Assembly: GCA_011364975.1 (NCBI GenBank)
Contig: RDOE01000016.1
Location: 1 to 54,649 of the forward strand
Direction: 5' to 3'
DNA: 54,649 nucleotides
DNA from: Promethearchaeota archaeon
GTDB taxonomy: Archaea > Asgardarchaeota > Lokiarchaeia > Sigyniarchaeales > SOKP01
The notes under the pieces were generated by a model. The model made no database searches. It was not told the origin of the DNA and saw only the letters and a list, made by a program, of their open reading frames with translations. How positions within the stretch are numbered: the first letter of the stretch is position 1; every line of letters starts with the position of its first letter. Shown here piece by piece: positions 8,934-19,504 of this stretch. Made by a program: the position numbers and the translations under genes.

Positions 8934-9962
8934 TTAAAACTCCGAGACTTCAATATGTTCTACATTCTCGGAAATATGAACTTGCCCAGGTTTCTTTTTA
9001 TCAATAGACCCTATGATCCAATTTTTTATCTTAGATTTTTTTAGAGTATTTGAGAAATCGTCCGCATAATTATTAGCAACAGATAATAACATTCCCCCAG
9101 CAGTTTCATGACATTTACATTCATCATAAGCGTATCCTAATTCTTCGGAAATATCTCTTGCCAATTTAATATATGGAATCTTATCTAATTTAGCGGAGAG
9201 ACTTGAGTTTTGAAGCATTTCTTTTGCATGACCCGCCAATCCAAAGCCTGTGACGTCTGACATAGCATGAATAAATGAAAAATCTTGATAACTATGAATT
9301 GTCTTTATAACATGCTGATTTGGGGTAGTCATAACCTTAACGGCAATTTCAATAGCCTTAAGTAGCTCAGATTTTGAATAATGAGCGAGTAAATCAGGCA
9401 TATCCTTAAGAATCCTATACGATGCCATAATAGCTTGTATACCTATAGGTTTAGTAAGAATTAATTTATCTCCTAACCGTACACCTTGTTTGGGAATTAT
9501 TTTGGTTTTTTCGACAAAACCAGAAGCCTCTCCTCCAATAAGTGGCCATTCAGAATATATTGTATGACCACCTACGATCTTTGAATTAATCTTTTTCTCC
9601 ATAAAAAATTTAATCCCCTTAAGGATACCTTCAGAGATAGTCATTGGAGTTGTTGGTTGTATTGCGAGAAAAACTAACATTCCAGAAATTTCTGGTACAT
9701 TCATCGCAAAAATATCATTTGTGACATTACAAGCTGCGATTTGCCCCATAATTTCAGGCTCGTCTATAATTGGAGTAAATATATCAAGGTTTTTTACTTG
9801 AACAATATTACTATTGGGTATGGGAATAATAGCAGCATCTTCAGCGGTACTGGGTAAGCCGACATTTCGTAATAATTCTTCCAGATTATCTTGACCGAGT
9901 TTACAACTTCATCCGTGAATTTTAACCTGTGCAGTTAATCGATATTCAATCTCTTTTTTCAT
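8934..9962 (-). CDS. selD: Selenophosphate synthetase, selenoprotein (342 aa; Sec at codon 18, TGA 9911-9909)
   Basis: In-frame extension of the tracked ORF gives MKKEIEYRLTAQVKIHG-U-SCKLGQ...EDAA...DIFTPIIDEP. GGHT, LTKPIG, DVTGFGLAGH and ETAGGML motifs follow. SD GAGGTG at 9971-9966. Confidence 0.95.
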
Positions 9963-10282
9963 TTTCACCTCATATCTCTTTCTTTTTTAGTGAATATATT
10001 ATAGATTAAATATTCTAGAAAAACTATAGTCATGTGATTTACTCAATTTATTGTTATTTATTAAATTTTTAGTTTTAAATTATTGAAATATTAAATAAAT
10101 TAATCTAATAATGTTATAACAATATTTCTTAAGGCTAATTAAGATAAAAATAAATATAAATTTCATTCCTAGTTCAAAAGGTTTTTATTCTTTTGGATTT
10201 ACAGATAAACATAGTTAATTTTTTAGCAGAAATAATGAAATCTTGTGTATCTACGATAGAGGTTGTTCTAATTCAGTTTATT

Positions 10283-13195
10283 TTAGGGGAGTAAAAGATC
10301 AATCCTTTTATTGTTCTTTCGATTAATATCAAATGGATCTTTATATAATAAATTAAGGTTAACCTCATCCACAGTAGGATCTGCTAAATTTTTCTTTCCA
10401 ATTGCATTGCGATTAATCTTAAATACGTAGTTAAACTTAAATACATTTCCTGGCTTTAATTCTCTGATATGCAGATATTTAGGAAAACTTTCTTTTTTTA
10501 AAAATTCTAAATAATCTGGTGTTTTAAGAGATATTTGTACATCACGGAAATGTAAATTTGTCGGATTATTTAATTTGAAGTTAAAAAAAATCTTATTTCC
10601 TATAGTTTTTATGTTTTTAAAGAAAAGTAAATCTTTTGATTCAATTATATCTTCCATTTTTGGGGAATATAAATTGTCTTTAATTATTTTTGCGTTTAAT
10701 TTGTTCTTATTAATGAATCTAACCAAATTTTGTTTGAGAAATTCTAAGTCTAGCTCCATATATGAAGCCAAATTTTCTAATTTAATAGGATTGATAACAT
10801 CTAAATAGTACTTAATTTGATTCAAATAAATTTTATCAGTATTTTTACGAGTAAATTTCTTGAGACGGCTAATGAGCATTTCTTTGGCAGCTACAAATTT
10901 AGTCACAATAGGTCGTATCATTTTATTGAAAATATTATTATCTTCAGGTAATTTCCCGATAATATTATCAATTTGGTTTTCATAATCTTCAATAAAACCC
11001 TGAATTTGTTTAGTGTTCATTTCTAAAAGTTTTTTAGCATCTGTGAATTCAGCTTTCTTCAGTAGATTATCTAATTTAAGATCAATACTTGGAAAGCTAT
11101 CATTAAATCGTTTAAATCCATCTATTCCAAGAGATATTATGGATTGGATATGTCCTTGAAATAAAATAGAACTCAATAAATTAATTTTTTGATCATCCAC
11201 AGCCCCATTTGCATGTTGTATTTCATAGACGATTTTGTCTTTTATTGATTTTATTTTTCTATCAGAATCTGCTAAATATTCTTGAATTTCAATTTTAACA
11301 GCAACCCAATTACTCACAAGATCTTTAAATAATTCGTTAAATTCTACATTTTGAACTAAAATTTCTCTTATATCGTCGTCTAATCTAAATAAATAATTTC
11401 TTAGTTGCGTGATTTGGCCAAAAATTTCTTGGATCTTTTCATCCTTAACATCTTCAGAGATTAAAATCTCAAGATGTCCAGGAAAGTCGTATTCTTTGAG
11501 AAATTCATATTGAGCTTTCAAAATGTTGATACGATCCCCTAATAGTTTGACCTTACTCCGAAGATTTACAGTAAATTCTGCTTTTTTCTCTTCAAAAATT
11601 TCTGAAATAAAACCTTTTATAATACTTAATTCATCAATAATAGTTACTTTTGTTTCTTCCCAATCTTCTATTAGGTTAAATGCTAAACGTTTGTATTCAA
11701 ATTTGTTAAGCCTATTATTGAATTTCTTGATTCTTTTTAAGATTTTTCTATAAATTTTATCTAATTCAATTTCTGTATCATGAAATTTAAAATGTTTTAT
11801 ATAAGAATTCATTTTTTCCCTAAATCGGGCAGGGATTTTTTGAAATTCCCTAATTCTTTTATGAAATAGCTCTAATTCTTCATTTACGAGAAAAATAGTA
11901 TCTTTTACATCCTTAAAGCTAGACTTTATAGTATCTAAAGTGAAAATGATTTCATTTTTTACATCAGGATCAGTTTCAATTTTATATATATTCTCCAATT
12001 CTATATAAATCCAGACAGCAATTTTTATACTATCTAAAATAAAACAGATATTTCTAAGAAGGGTAATAGCCTTTTTTCTTTCACGCCAATATTTAGATTC
12101 TAACTTATATAACATTTTTGTAATTTCATTTTCTATCTCAACTTGATATTCTTCATAAAGACGTTTAAAAACTAAAGCCACGCCATCACGGACATTTTCA
12201 GAAGGATTTTCAAACTCATCAAAAACATAGTTAAAAATTTCTGTGATGTTACTTTGACTTAGATGATATAAAGCATTTATAATTACATTTCTAAAGTCAG
12301 AATCCCCACTATAAAGTGAATTAATTAAATTTGCCCATATCTGATCGAAATTATTCTCTGAAATGGTGACCAGAGAATCAATCACCTTTAATTGGATTCT
12401 ATAATTATCTTCTTTTAATAAATTTATTAATTTTGGAATTATAGGTATGATTTCAGAGGATTTTTCTTTTCCGATTTCTCCGAACAACCATATTATTAAT
12501 TCTTTAACTCGTGAATCCTCATTATAAAGAAGATTTAATAACACATACATTATTTTATCTTTCGAAAGGAAATATGTTCCCAAAATTTTTAATAACTCTG
12601 CTGAGGAACGTGCTACATCATCATCTTCATCCCTAAGATTTATAATTACAATAGATAATAAAGGTTCTAAATCCTTAATTTTAGTATAATCTTGATTTAA
12701 AATCTTCTTTACAGTCTTTATTACTTGAAGTTTAACATTCCAATCATTATCCATTAATTTTTGAGTAAATTCATCGATTATAGAGTATAGTTCTTCTTTG
12801 TCGATATGAAGTGAAAGAATTAATTTTCCCATAATCTGTACTGCCAATCTCCTATTAGATGCCTCTTGATCAAAAAGTCGTGTTCGTATTTTCTTCATTA
12901 AATCAATTAGTAAATTAGGACGATAAAGGGAAATCTGATATAAAATTTCTAATGCTTCTAACCGAATCCAAGAATTTGAATCGTTCATAAGACTAGATAT
13001 ATTTTTTACAGTTCTTAAAGCAATTGATGGCGATTTATCACAGACTCTATTTAATAACACAAGAGTTTCATAAATATATTCCTTATCTGAAATGTTTGGG
13101 TTTTCGATTATTTTAAAAATTTCTTCTGCTGCCTGTTCATACTCACCGCTTAAAATCAATTCTTCAATTTTTTCGAAATCCAAGGTTATTACCAC
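10283..13195 (-). CDS. HEAT-repeat protein with helical middle, PCI/winged-helix-like segment and C-terminal Ig-like domain
   Basis: Repeated LxDxxxxVRxxA units in aa ~35-420; IKLENLASYMELDLEFLKQNLVRFINKNKLNAKI near aa 800-840; beta-rich C-terminus (FNFKLNN...LKPGNVFKFNYVF...LLYKD). Confidence 0.75.
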   Translation of the reverse strand: MVITLDFEKIEELILSGEYEQAAEEIFKIIENPNISDKEYIYETLVLLNRVCDKSPSIALRTVKNISSLMNDSNSWIRLEALEILYQISLYRPNLLIDLMKKIRTRLFDQEASNRRLAVQIMGKLILSLHIDKEELYSIIDEFTQKLMDNDWNVKLQVIKTVKKILNQDYTKIKDLEPLLSIVIINLRDEDDDVARSSAELLKILGTYFLSKDKIMYVLLNLLYNEDSRVKELIIWLFGEIGKEKSSEIIPIIPKLINLLKEDNYRIQLKVIDSLVTISENNFDQIWANLINSLYSGDSDFRNVIINALYHLSQSNITEIFNYVFDEFENPSENVRDGVALVFKRLYEEYQVEIENEITKMLYKLESKYWRERKKAITLLRNICFILDSIKIAVWIYIELENIYKIETDPDVKNEIIFTLDTIKSSFKDVKDTIFLVNEELELFHKRIREFQKIPARFREKMNSYIKHFKFHDTEIELDKIYRKILKRIKKFNNRLNKFEYKRLAFNLIEDWEETKVTIIDELSIIKGFISEIFEEKKAEFTVNLRSKVKLLGDRINILKAQYEFLKEYDFPGHLEILISEDVKDEKIQEIFGQITQLRNYLFRLDDDIREILVQNVEFNELFKDLVSNWVAVKIEIQEYLADSDRKIKSIKDKIVYEIQHANGAVDDQKINLLSSILFQGHIQSIISLGIDGFKRFNDSFPSIDLKLDNLLKKAEFTDAKKLLEMNTKQIQGFIEDYENQIDNIIGKLPEDNNIFNKMIRPIVTKFVAAKEMLISRLKKFTRKNTDKIYLNQIKYYLDVINPIKLENLASYMELDLEFLKQNLVRFINKNKLNAKIIKDNLYSPKMEDIIESKDLLFFKNIKTIGNKIFFNFKLNNPTNLHFRDVQISLKTPDYLEFLKKESFPKYLHIRELKPGNVFKFNYVFKINRNAIGKKNLADPTVDEVNLNLLYKDPFDINRKNNKRIDLLLP

Positions 13196-13376
13196 TATTC
13201 ACTGTGTATAATCTTCTAAATCGTAAATAAAAACAACAATTTCCAATATCATTGTTGATGTTTAACTATAAAAATGTAATTCACAATTAACATAAAAATA
13301 AGATATTTTAAAATTAAGTACGCCTTAAAAGTAATTTACAAAAAAAAACAAAAAGATTTTTGGTAAGATTAAAAAG

Positions 13377-13925
13377 TTAATTATTCAACTCAATAATTGC
13401 TGTACCCGGTGTTGCGATTCTTTCTCGATAGGTTAGAATACCTTCTGGAACCTCTTTAGTTTTCACTAACCCTCGTTCAATATCTTTATCTGAGATATAC
13501 CCTCTTTCTCCAGCTTCGAATTGTTTTATAATATTTCCATCTTTATCTTTTATATCGACATTCGTAAATGTGGTTTGTACTACATCAAAATATACTCTTT
13601 TTCCCTCAAATCGTTTTACTTCCGCTTCAGTTATGAGAAGATCTCCGACCCTAACCATGCCTCGCATCTCCACCGCGATTTCAATTAGTTTACCATATTT
13701 CCCTTGTTCAAGAAAATCTTCAAATAGTTTAGTTATAAACCCGAAGCTTAAGAGACCATGAGCTATTACCCCTTTTAGTCCTGCTCTTTCTGCAATCTTA
13801 TCACTGGTGTGAATCGGATTTGTATCCCCTGAAGCTTTAGCATATTCTTGAAGTAAGTCCCTAGTTATTCCCTCAAATTCATTTCTAATTTTTTGTCCAA
13901 TCTTTAAATCGGATATCTTAACCAT
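13377..13925 (-). CDS. MaoC family dehydratase (catalytic hot-dog subunit)
   Basis: YAKASGDTNPIH and IAHG hydratase-2 motifs. Confidence 0.9.
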   Translation of the reverse strand: MVKISDLKIGQKIRNEFEGITRDLLQEYAKASGDTNPIHTSDKIAERAGLKGVIAHGLLSFGFITKLFEDFLEQGKYGKLIEIAVEMRGMVRVGDLLITEAEVKRFEGKRVYFDVVQTTFTNVDIKDKDGNIIKQFEAGERGYISDKDIERGLVKTKEVPEGILTYRERIATPGTAIIELNN

Positions 13926-13926
13926 C

Positions 13927-14442
13927 TTAATACCCTCCTTTGCGAATACCAGCTGTTATCGTGATTTTACAAACTGGTTCTTCATTTTGGTTTTTAACAT
14001 TTACTAGAAATTCTGTAAAAAGCATCATATTCTCCTCTATTAACCATGCATTCGTACATTTTCCTGTTACTATAAGTTTATCGCCTTGTTTTACATCAAC
14101 ACATCCATCCCAGTTATATCGATTGCCTGTATGTAAAAGTTTACCTGGATCCAAAAAGAGTCCTCGTTCCTTACCGTCTTGATTCAGTTTAAACCCTATC
14201 AATAATTTATATATAGCCTTAATGGTATAGTAATTAGCAAAACCATGACAAGCAATTACTCCATTTTCTTCAGAACCAACATACTTTGGATCTGTTATTC
14301 CATAAATGTTAGCAAAATTAACTAGGTTTTTATACCTTATGCTTACAGATACAGAACCCGGAATTTCCATACCACTTAAATTTTGGATTAAGAAATCGGC
14401 ATTCTTTTTCATCTCTTGAACATCCATAATACTTTCACTCAC
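13927..14442 (-). CDS. MaoC-like N-terminal-type hot-dog protein (probable partner subunit)
   Basis: FANIYGITDPKY and LLHTGNRYNW...VKQGD motifs; 1-nt gap to the MaoC gene. Confidence 0.65.
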   Translation of the reverse strand: MSESIMDVQEMKKNADFLIQNLSGMEIPGSVSVSIRYKNLVNFANIYGITDPKYVGSEENGVIACHGFANYYTIKAIYKLLIGFKLNQDGKERGLFLDPGKLLHTGNRYNWDGCVDVKQGDKLIVTGKCTNAWLIEENMMLFTEFLVNVKNQNEEPVCKITITAGIRKGGY

Positions 14443-14568
14443 ATTTAGTTTAATATATGGTTATTAATTATAACTAAATTTTAGTTTAATTAAAATTTTA
14501 ATTATAATCCCAAAAATTTATGTCTTCATTTTTCATAGAAGATCAGAATAATCATTACAGGTTGTAGT

Positions 14569-15294
14569 TTAACAATGGCTTATTTTAGAGTAGATTTTAT
14601 TTTGAGAATTATTAATTTTAAAATATTTCATTATTCTAAGATTGGAAGAGGTGCCATTTAGAAGGACACAATCAATTTGGTATTTATTTATTAAGTCAGG
14701 TAAATATGAATCAATTGGTTTGGATAATTTAAGTGAGTCTTCTTTTGAACTAAAGTCTGCTAACTTTCCCAAGTTCTTCAATCTTATATATTCCTTACTA
14801 CTTAATTCTTTAATGACTTTATTATTCCTATCGATTATTCCATCGACATTCTTAATGAGAAAACAAATCTTCATATTTAATTTATACGCTAAATAAAGAG
14901 CGATTGAATCAGAGGATATATTCCATGAATGATCTAGAATATCATTTTGACGAAGAAATTTATATGGTAAGAAAATAGTAAAAATTTTATTAGCTTTTTT
15001 AATTTCTTCAAGGTTTTTAGTTCTTTTAACCCGAGGAAAGTATCTGCTAATCTTTTTTCCATTTAAATCCATCGAATAAATAGCCATCCAATGAGAAATG
15101 TCATCTCCAATCGAAAATTTTTGGTCTAATCGTCTGATGAAATTTGCATATGAACCTCCTCCAGCAATTAACACAATTTTATGGATTATATTCCGTTCAT
15201 ATAAGCTTGTAAGCTGAGAGATAGTGGATATTAAATTTTTACGGTTTTCAAAAATTTTTCCTCCCACTTTAAAAATTGCTTGATCGATTAACAT
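14569..15294 (-). CDS. mfnE: Amino-acid-kinase-family protein, MfnE-like (methanofuran biosynthesis)
   Basis: KVGG, GGGSYANFIR, HWMAI, HSWNISSDSIA and KNVDGI motifs; adjacent to an mfnF-like gene. Confidence 0.75.
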   Translation of the reverse strand: MLIDQAIFKVGGKIFENRKNLISTISQLTSLYERNIIHKIVLIAGGGSYANFIRRLDQKFSIGDDISHWMAIYSMDLNGKKISRYFPRVKRTKNLEEIKKANKIFTIFLPYKFLRQNDILDHSWNISSDSIALYLAYKLNMKICFLIKNVDGIIDRNNKVIKELSSKEYIRLKNLGKLADFSSKEDSLKLSKPIDSYLPDLINKYQIDCVLLNGTSSNLRIMKYFKINNSQNKIYSKISHC

Positions 15295-15301
15295 ACGCTT
15301 A

Positions 15302-16378
15302 CTATTTTATTGATTGAAAATAATATGCTCCCGCAACAGCAAATGCTGAGGAGCTGATTTTTTCGGGAATTTTTGTTACCTCATCATAATATTTAATTTG
15401 ACTATAACCTAACTCATTTAACACTTTCTTAATCAAAAAGTCAGCAGATAATCCCGTAATTATGAAAGGGATTGATTTTTTAAATTCAGGCAAACGCTTA
15501 TGAAGAGACTTTATAAACATCTGTATTTCACCTTTTATAAGTTCAAGTTGTTTTTGATAAATATAATGAGCGATAGTAGTTAATTCTTCTTTGGAAATTG
15601 TTTCAATATCCATACATATAATTCTAGATAATCGCGCATAACAATTTTCTAAAGATTTTGAACGATTATCTGCTGTTTCGTTAATATATTCTTTCTCAGA
15701 GATGTTTTGTAATATAAGATGAACATCAGAAATTAATGCAAATTTCTCAAAGGATATCCTAATTAATTTGCCTTTATAGGGAACAAAATGAGTAATTGAA
15801 GGGATTGTCGCTCTTAATCCACCGGTATATATTAATTCATGATTCATAATCCTTTCAACGTCATTTCTCCCAACGTTAACGGGTATAGAATTTAAAATTG
15901 GAATGATATCTATTGTAGTTGATCCTGCGTCTATTAAAATTGCTTTAGAAACATGATATCCTAAAAATAGTGCCGTTGAAACCCAATTTGCCGCAGCAAT
16001 AGAATGAGGGTTATGCAACACTTCAGAAAATTCAAGAAAAATCCCATCAACATTAATAAAGAACATTTTCTCCTTGTCAAAGACTTGTTCTAGCGCTTTT
16101 AGAATAGTAATTATCCCTTCTCGCTTAGTTTGAAATGCATCGGATAATTCTGCGGTAATTGTAATAGAAATAATGTCTATAATATCAAGAGTAAAATGAT
16201 TTTTAATTAATAATTCTTCTTCTATTCTTTTGAACATTTGGGGTATATCGTTTACAATTTTTTCCCAAAAAGGAAAATATTCGATATAAGTGAAACTCTT
16301 TGAAATTGTTTCTTTTTTAAATTGAATTAATGCTGATTTTGTGTTAGCTCCACCTATATCAAGACCTAAAATATTCAT
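15302..16378 (-). CDS. mfnF: MfnF-like hydantoinase A family protein (methanofuran biosynthesis)
   Basis: GLDIGGANTK, TAELSDAF, AAANW, DAGSTTIDIIPI and ELIYTG motifs. Confidence 0.85.
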   Translation of the reverse strand: MNILGLDIGGANTKSALIQFKKETISKSFTYIEYFPFWEKIVNDIPQMFKRIEEELLIKNHFTLDIIDIISITITAELSDAFQTKREGIITILKALEQVFDKEKMFFINVDGIFLEFSEVLHNPHSIAAANWVSTALFLGYHVSKAILIDAGSTTIDIIPILNSIPVNVGRNDVERIMNHELIYTGGLRATIPSITHFVPYKGKLIRISFEKFALISDVHLILQNISEKEYINETADNRSKSLENCYARLSRIICMDIETISKEELTTIAHYIYQKQLELIKGEIQMFIKSLHKRLPEFKKSIPFIITGLSADFLIKKVLNELGYSQIKYYDEVTKIPEKISSSAFAVAGAYYFQSIK

Positions 16379-16389
16379 ATAAGGATTAT

Positions 16390-16854
16390 TTATTTTTTGC
16401 GTCTCTTTATTTTTTCTAATAATTCAATTATAATTCCAAATTTCTCTTCTGTATCCATGTAATTAAACCTAGTATAAAGAACTTCTCCTGCTTGCAATAC
16501 TTTTATTCCTTGATTACTAAATTCTTTAAGATAAAGTTCAGTATCTTCAATATACGTTGCAATATGATGTAATCCTTCTTTACCCTTATCAAGGAATTCT
16601 TTATAGGAACAATCTCCATCTATCCATTTGATTAATTCTATTTGAGTTCCTTTCATTTGACTAAAGGCCAATTGAAAAGTAATTTGGGAATCCTTCCCCC
16701 TAAATTGAATAGTATTAGTTACCGGTTGACCAAACATAAACTTTGGTAACCCGAAAACCTCCATCATAATCTTTGCTTGTTTTTCAATATCTTTAAATAC
16801 AAATCCTAGTTGATCCACTTTTAAATTACTAAAATTTAATGAAAATTCTTCCAT
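16390..16854 (-). CDS. VOC/glyoxalase family protein (methylmalonyl-CoA epimerase-like)
   Basis: DQLGFVFKD, QIELI, EGLHHIA and GIIIELLE motifs. Confidence 0.85.
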   Translation of the reverse strand: MEEFSLNFSNLKVDQLGFVFKDIEKQAKIMMEVFGLPKFMFGQPVTNTIQFRGKDSQITFQLAFSQMKGTQIELIKWIDGDCSYKEFLDKGKEGLHHIATYIEDTELYLKEFSNQGIKVLQAGEVLYTRFNYMDTEEKFGIIIELLEKIKRRKK

Positions 16855-16970
16855 AATATGATTTCACATTTCTCTTTTAAAAAAATTTTTAGATTTCTAA
16901 ATAACATAAGCATAACAAGATAAAATGAATTTAGATTAACAATCAAGGAAAAATTTGATATGGCAATACT

Positions 16971-18011
16971 TTATTCCTTGGGCATATATCTTTCATTTAG
17001 GTATCCAATTAATTTATCGAGATTCTCACCTGTAAGAGCATTTGTAATAAAGATTTTCTCTTCAGATAAATTTAGCTTGCTTTTAAGGGATTCAATCTCC
17101 TCTTCTTTTGCTAAATCCATCTTATTTAGAACTATAATTGTATCTATATTTTTATCCTTTATATATTGGTCTTGAATTTCATTAAACAATTCGATTTGGG
17201 AGTCTACATTATATCCCGAAGCAGGTGTAGGGTCGAATATAAAGATAATAAGATCTGATATTAATCGTAAAGCGAGGATAGCTTGCAATTCAATATTGTT
17301 TCTTTTAGACATGGGGCGATCTAAAATACCTGGTGTGTCCATTATTTGGAGTTTCATTTTCGTGAATTTGCCCATTAATTCAAGATGACCTAAAATCAAG
17401 TTTTTGGTTGTAAAGGGGTACTCTTGGACTTCAATTTTCTTATTTGTAGAAATATTTTTAACCAAACTACTTTTCCCAACATTTGGATAACCCGCAACTA
17501 CAACACAAGGCATAGAATAATCGATTGAAGGAATTTCTCTTAACTTTCCACGGATGCTGTTTAAGTATTCCAGGTTTTCATTTTGCTTTTTTATTATTGA
17601 AGATATTCTTCCAAAAGCAGCCCTTCTAATTCGGTCCGCTTCCTTGGGGGATTCGATACGATTTAACTTGCTTGAATATTCTCGTTCTAATTGACTAAAA
17701 ATAGGTAAAATTCCGTTTAATTTTCCTAAGGTTAATCTTAATTTATCAATATCTACTAAAAGGGAAGCTAATTCTTTATAAAAATCCTGAACTTCTCCGA
17801 TTATAGGAACGCTTTTGATGATATTAAGAATTCTATTTATTAATTCTTCAAATGCAACTTTAATTCTTTTAGACTCTTTCTTTTTTGCTTTCATCAATAT
17901 TGGAGCATTTTTTGAGACTTTAGCTGAACTTTTCATAGCTCTTTTAAATGCTATATCCAAAAGCTCAGTAGAATTGGGTACATGGTAAAATTCAGAGAAG
18001 GGATTACTCAT
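16971..18011 (-). CDS. NOG1-family GTPase (ribosome biogenesis)
   Basis: N-terminal helical domain; GYPNVGKSS, YPFTT, DTPGILDRP and NKMD motifs. Confidence 0.93.
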   Translation of the reverse strand: MSNPFSEFYHVPNSTELLDIAFKRAMKSSAKVSKNAPILMKAKKKESKRIKVAFEELINRILNIIKSVPIIGEVQDFYKELASLLVDIDKLRLTLGKLNGILPIFSQLEREYSSKLNRIESPKEADRIRRAAFGRISSIIKKQNENLEYLNSIRGKLREIPSIDYSMPCVVVAGYPNVGKSSLVKNISTNKKIEVQEYPFTTKNLILGHLELMGKFTKMKLQIMDTPGILDRPMSKRNNIELQAILALRLISDLIIFIFDPTPASGYNVDSQIELFNEIQDQYIKDKNIDTIIVLNKMDLAKEEEIESLKSKLNLSEEKIFITNALTGENLDKLIGYLNERYMPKE

Positions 18012-18060
18012 AAAAAATCAATTTGTTAGTGTTTAATTTAAGAAAAAGAAGGCTATCATA

Positions 18061-19392
18061 TTACAATTTCGCTTTTAGGTCAGCGATTTTAGTCTCAATA
18101 ATAGAGATATCATCAGATAAATTGATAATTTCAGCAGAAATAGTCCGATATAAAGTTAGAATATATTCATAACGAGCAATTGCTCTAGAATTATTGTTTA
18201 ATTCTTCTTCTTTAGCTGCTTTTGACTTTAATAGTTCGATTTTTTCAAGAATGGTTTTTATTTCAATCGGAAGGGCACTTAGTCGTTCTTTTTGCATTTG
18301 ATCTACTTTATCTTTATCATGCAAGGCTTTTGCAAGAGTTTGTTGGAATTGTCGTTCACTTTCAACTTTACTAAGAATTAAATGCTGTTGTTTGTTCTCC
18401 TCTTCTTTTTTATATCGATCAATATTTTTTAGTTCATTTTGTAAGATACTAACCTGATTTTTCCACCCAAGCTTAGCAAAAAGCTCAATTGATTGCCTAT
18501 AATAATTTTTAGCATCCGCATAATTTTTCTTATCAAGCATTTTATTCCCTTTATCCAATAAATCTTGAGCTTGTGTTATAAAGGTATCTTCTTGCTTTTT
18601 CTTCTCTCGAAGCAATCTGAGCTTTTCTTGTTTTTCAAAATATTCCTGCTTCTTTTGCTCTTTTTGTAACTCTATTAGAGTTCTAGATCTTTCCTTGAGT
18701 TTTTGTTCTTCAATTTCACTTTTTTTCATTTGCTCAAATAATTTAGGTATTCTGCGTTCGGGGCTTAAATCTTCTTCTTTAATATTCGATACATTTCTTT
18801 CAATCGCCTTGTTGCTTGGATCCAATTGAGATTGAATTTTTAACCTTCTTCTTTCAGCTGCAGCTAGTGAGACTATATCTTTTATGGTAGGCTTTATACC
18901 TCTAAATTTACGAGATTCACCCCATCGTTGAAATTCCTTCAGTTCATTTATCTGCCACAATATTTGCTTACATTCATAATCTCGATTTAATTTTTTGAAT
19001 AGTTTATATGCTACGTCATAAAAATACAAAGCATCTTTTAGGTTGTCTCCAAGAGCTTGAGTTCTCGCACTCTCTAACATTTCATACCCTTTTTGCTCGT
19101 TAATATCTGCATCTTCTTCTATAGTCTCTTTTGGGTGAAATTCAATCTTGAATTCTTGCTTTGATGCAGAAGGTATACTTTGTTGTTGCTCTTCTTTTTT
19201 AAGATTTTTTATTTGTACAATTTCTCTTATTAAAATTCCTACTTTTTCAGTAAAACCTAATTCAGTGTAAATATCCTTAGCAATTGTTAAACTAGAAATC
19301 GCTTTTTCGTAATTTTTTTCCTTTATAGCTGATTTTGATTGTTGTTCTAATTGTTCAGCTCTTTTGATAAATTCAGAATCTTGAGGCCTCAT
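18061..19392 (-). CDS. Helical protein with dispersed TPR-like units and coiled-coil linkers
   Basis: Units YEKAISSLTIAKDIYTELG, LKDALYFYDVAYKLFKKLN and YADAKNYYRQSIELFAKLG, separated by E/K/Q-rich helices. Confidence 0.6.
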   Translation of the reverse strand: MRPQDSEFIKRAEQLEQQSKSAIKEKNYEKAISSLTIAKDIYTELGFTEKVGILIREIVQIKNLKKEEQQQSIPSASKQEFKIEFHPKETIEEDADINEQKGYEMLESARTQALGDNLKDALYFYDVAYKLFKKLNRDYECKQILWQINELKEFQRWGESRKFRGIKPTIKDIVSLAAAERRRLKIQSQLDPSNKAIERNVSNIKEEDLSPERRIPKLFEQMKKSEIEEQKLKERSRTLIELQKEQKKQEYFEKQEKLRLLREKKKQEDTFITQAQDLLDKGNKMLDKKNYADAKNYYRQSIELFAKLGWKNQVSILQNELKNIDRYKKEEENKQQHLILSKVESERQFQQTLAKALHDKDKVDQMQKERLSALPIEIKTILEKIELLKSKAAKEEELNNNSRAIARYEYILTLYRTISAEIINLSDDISIIETKIADLKAKL

Positions 19393-19504
19393 AGAAATAT
19401 TTGATGTTTTTTACTCTATTTTTATTAAACTATATACATATAATTAAATTAATCAATTATTAGTCATTTAAAAGTTTAAGAAATATATAACAATTTGTTT
19501 TAAT

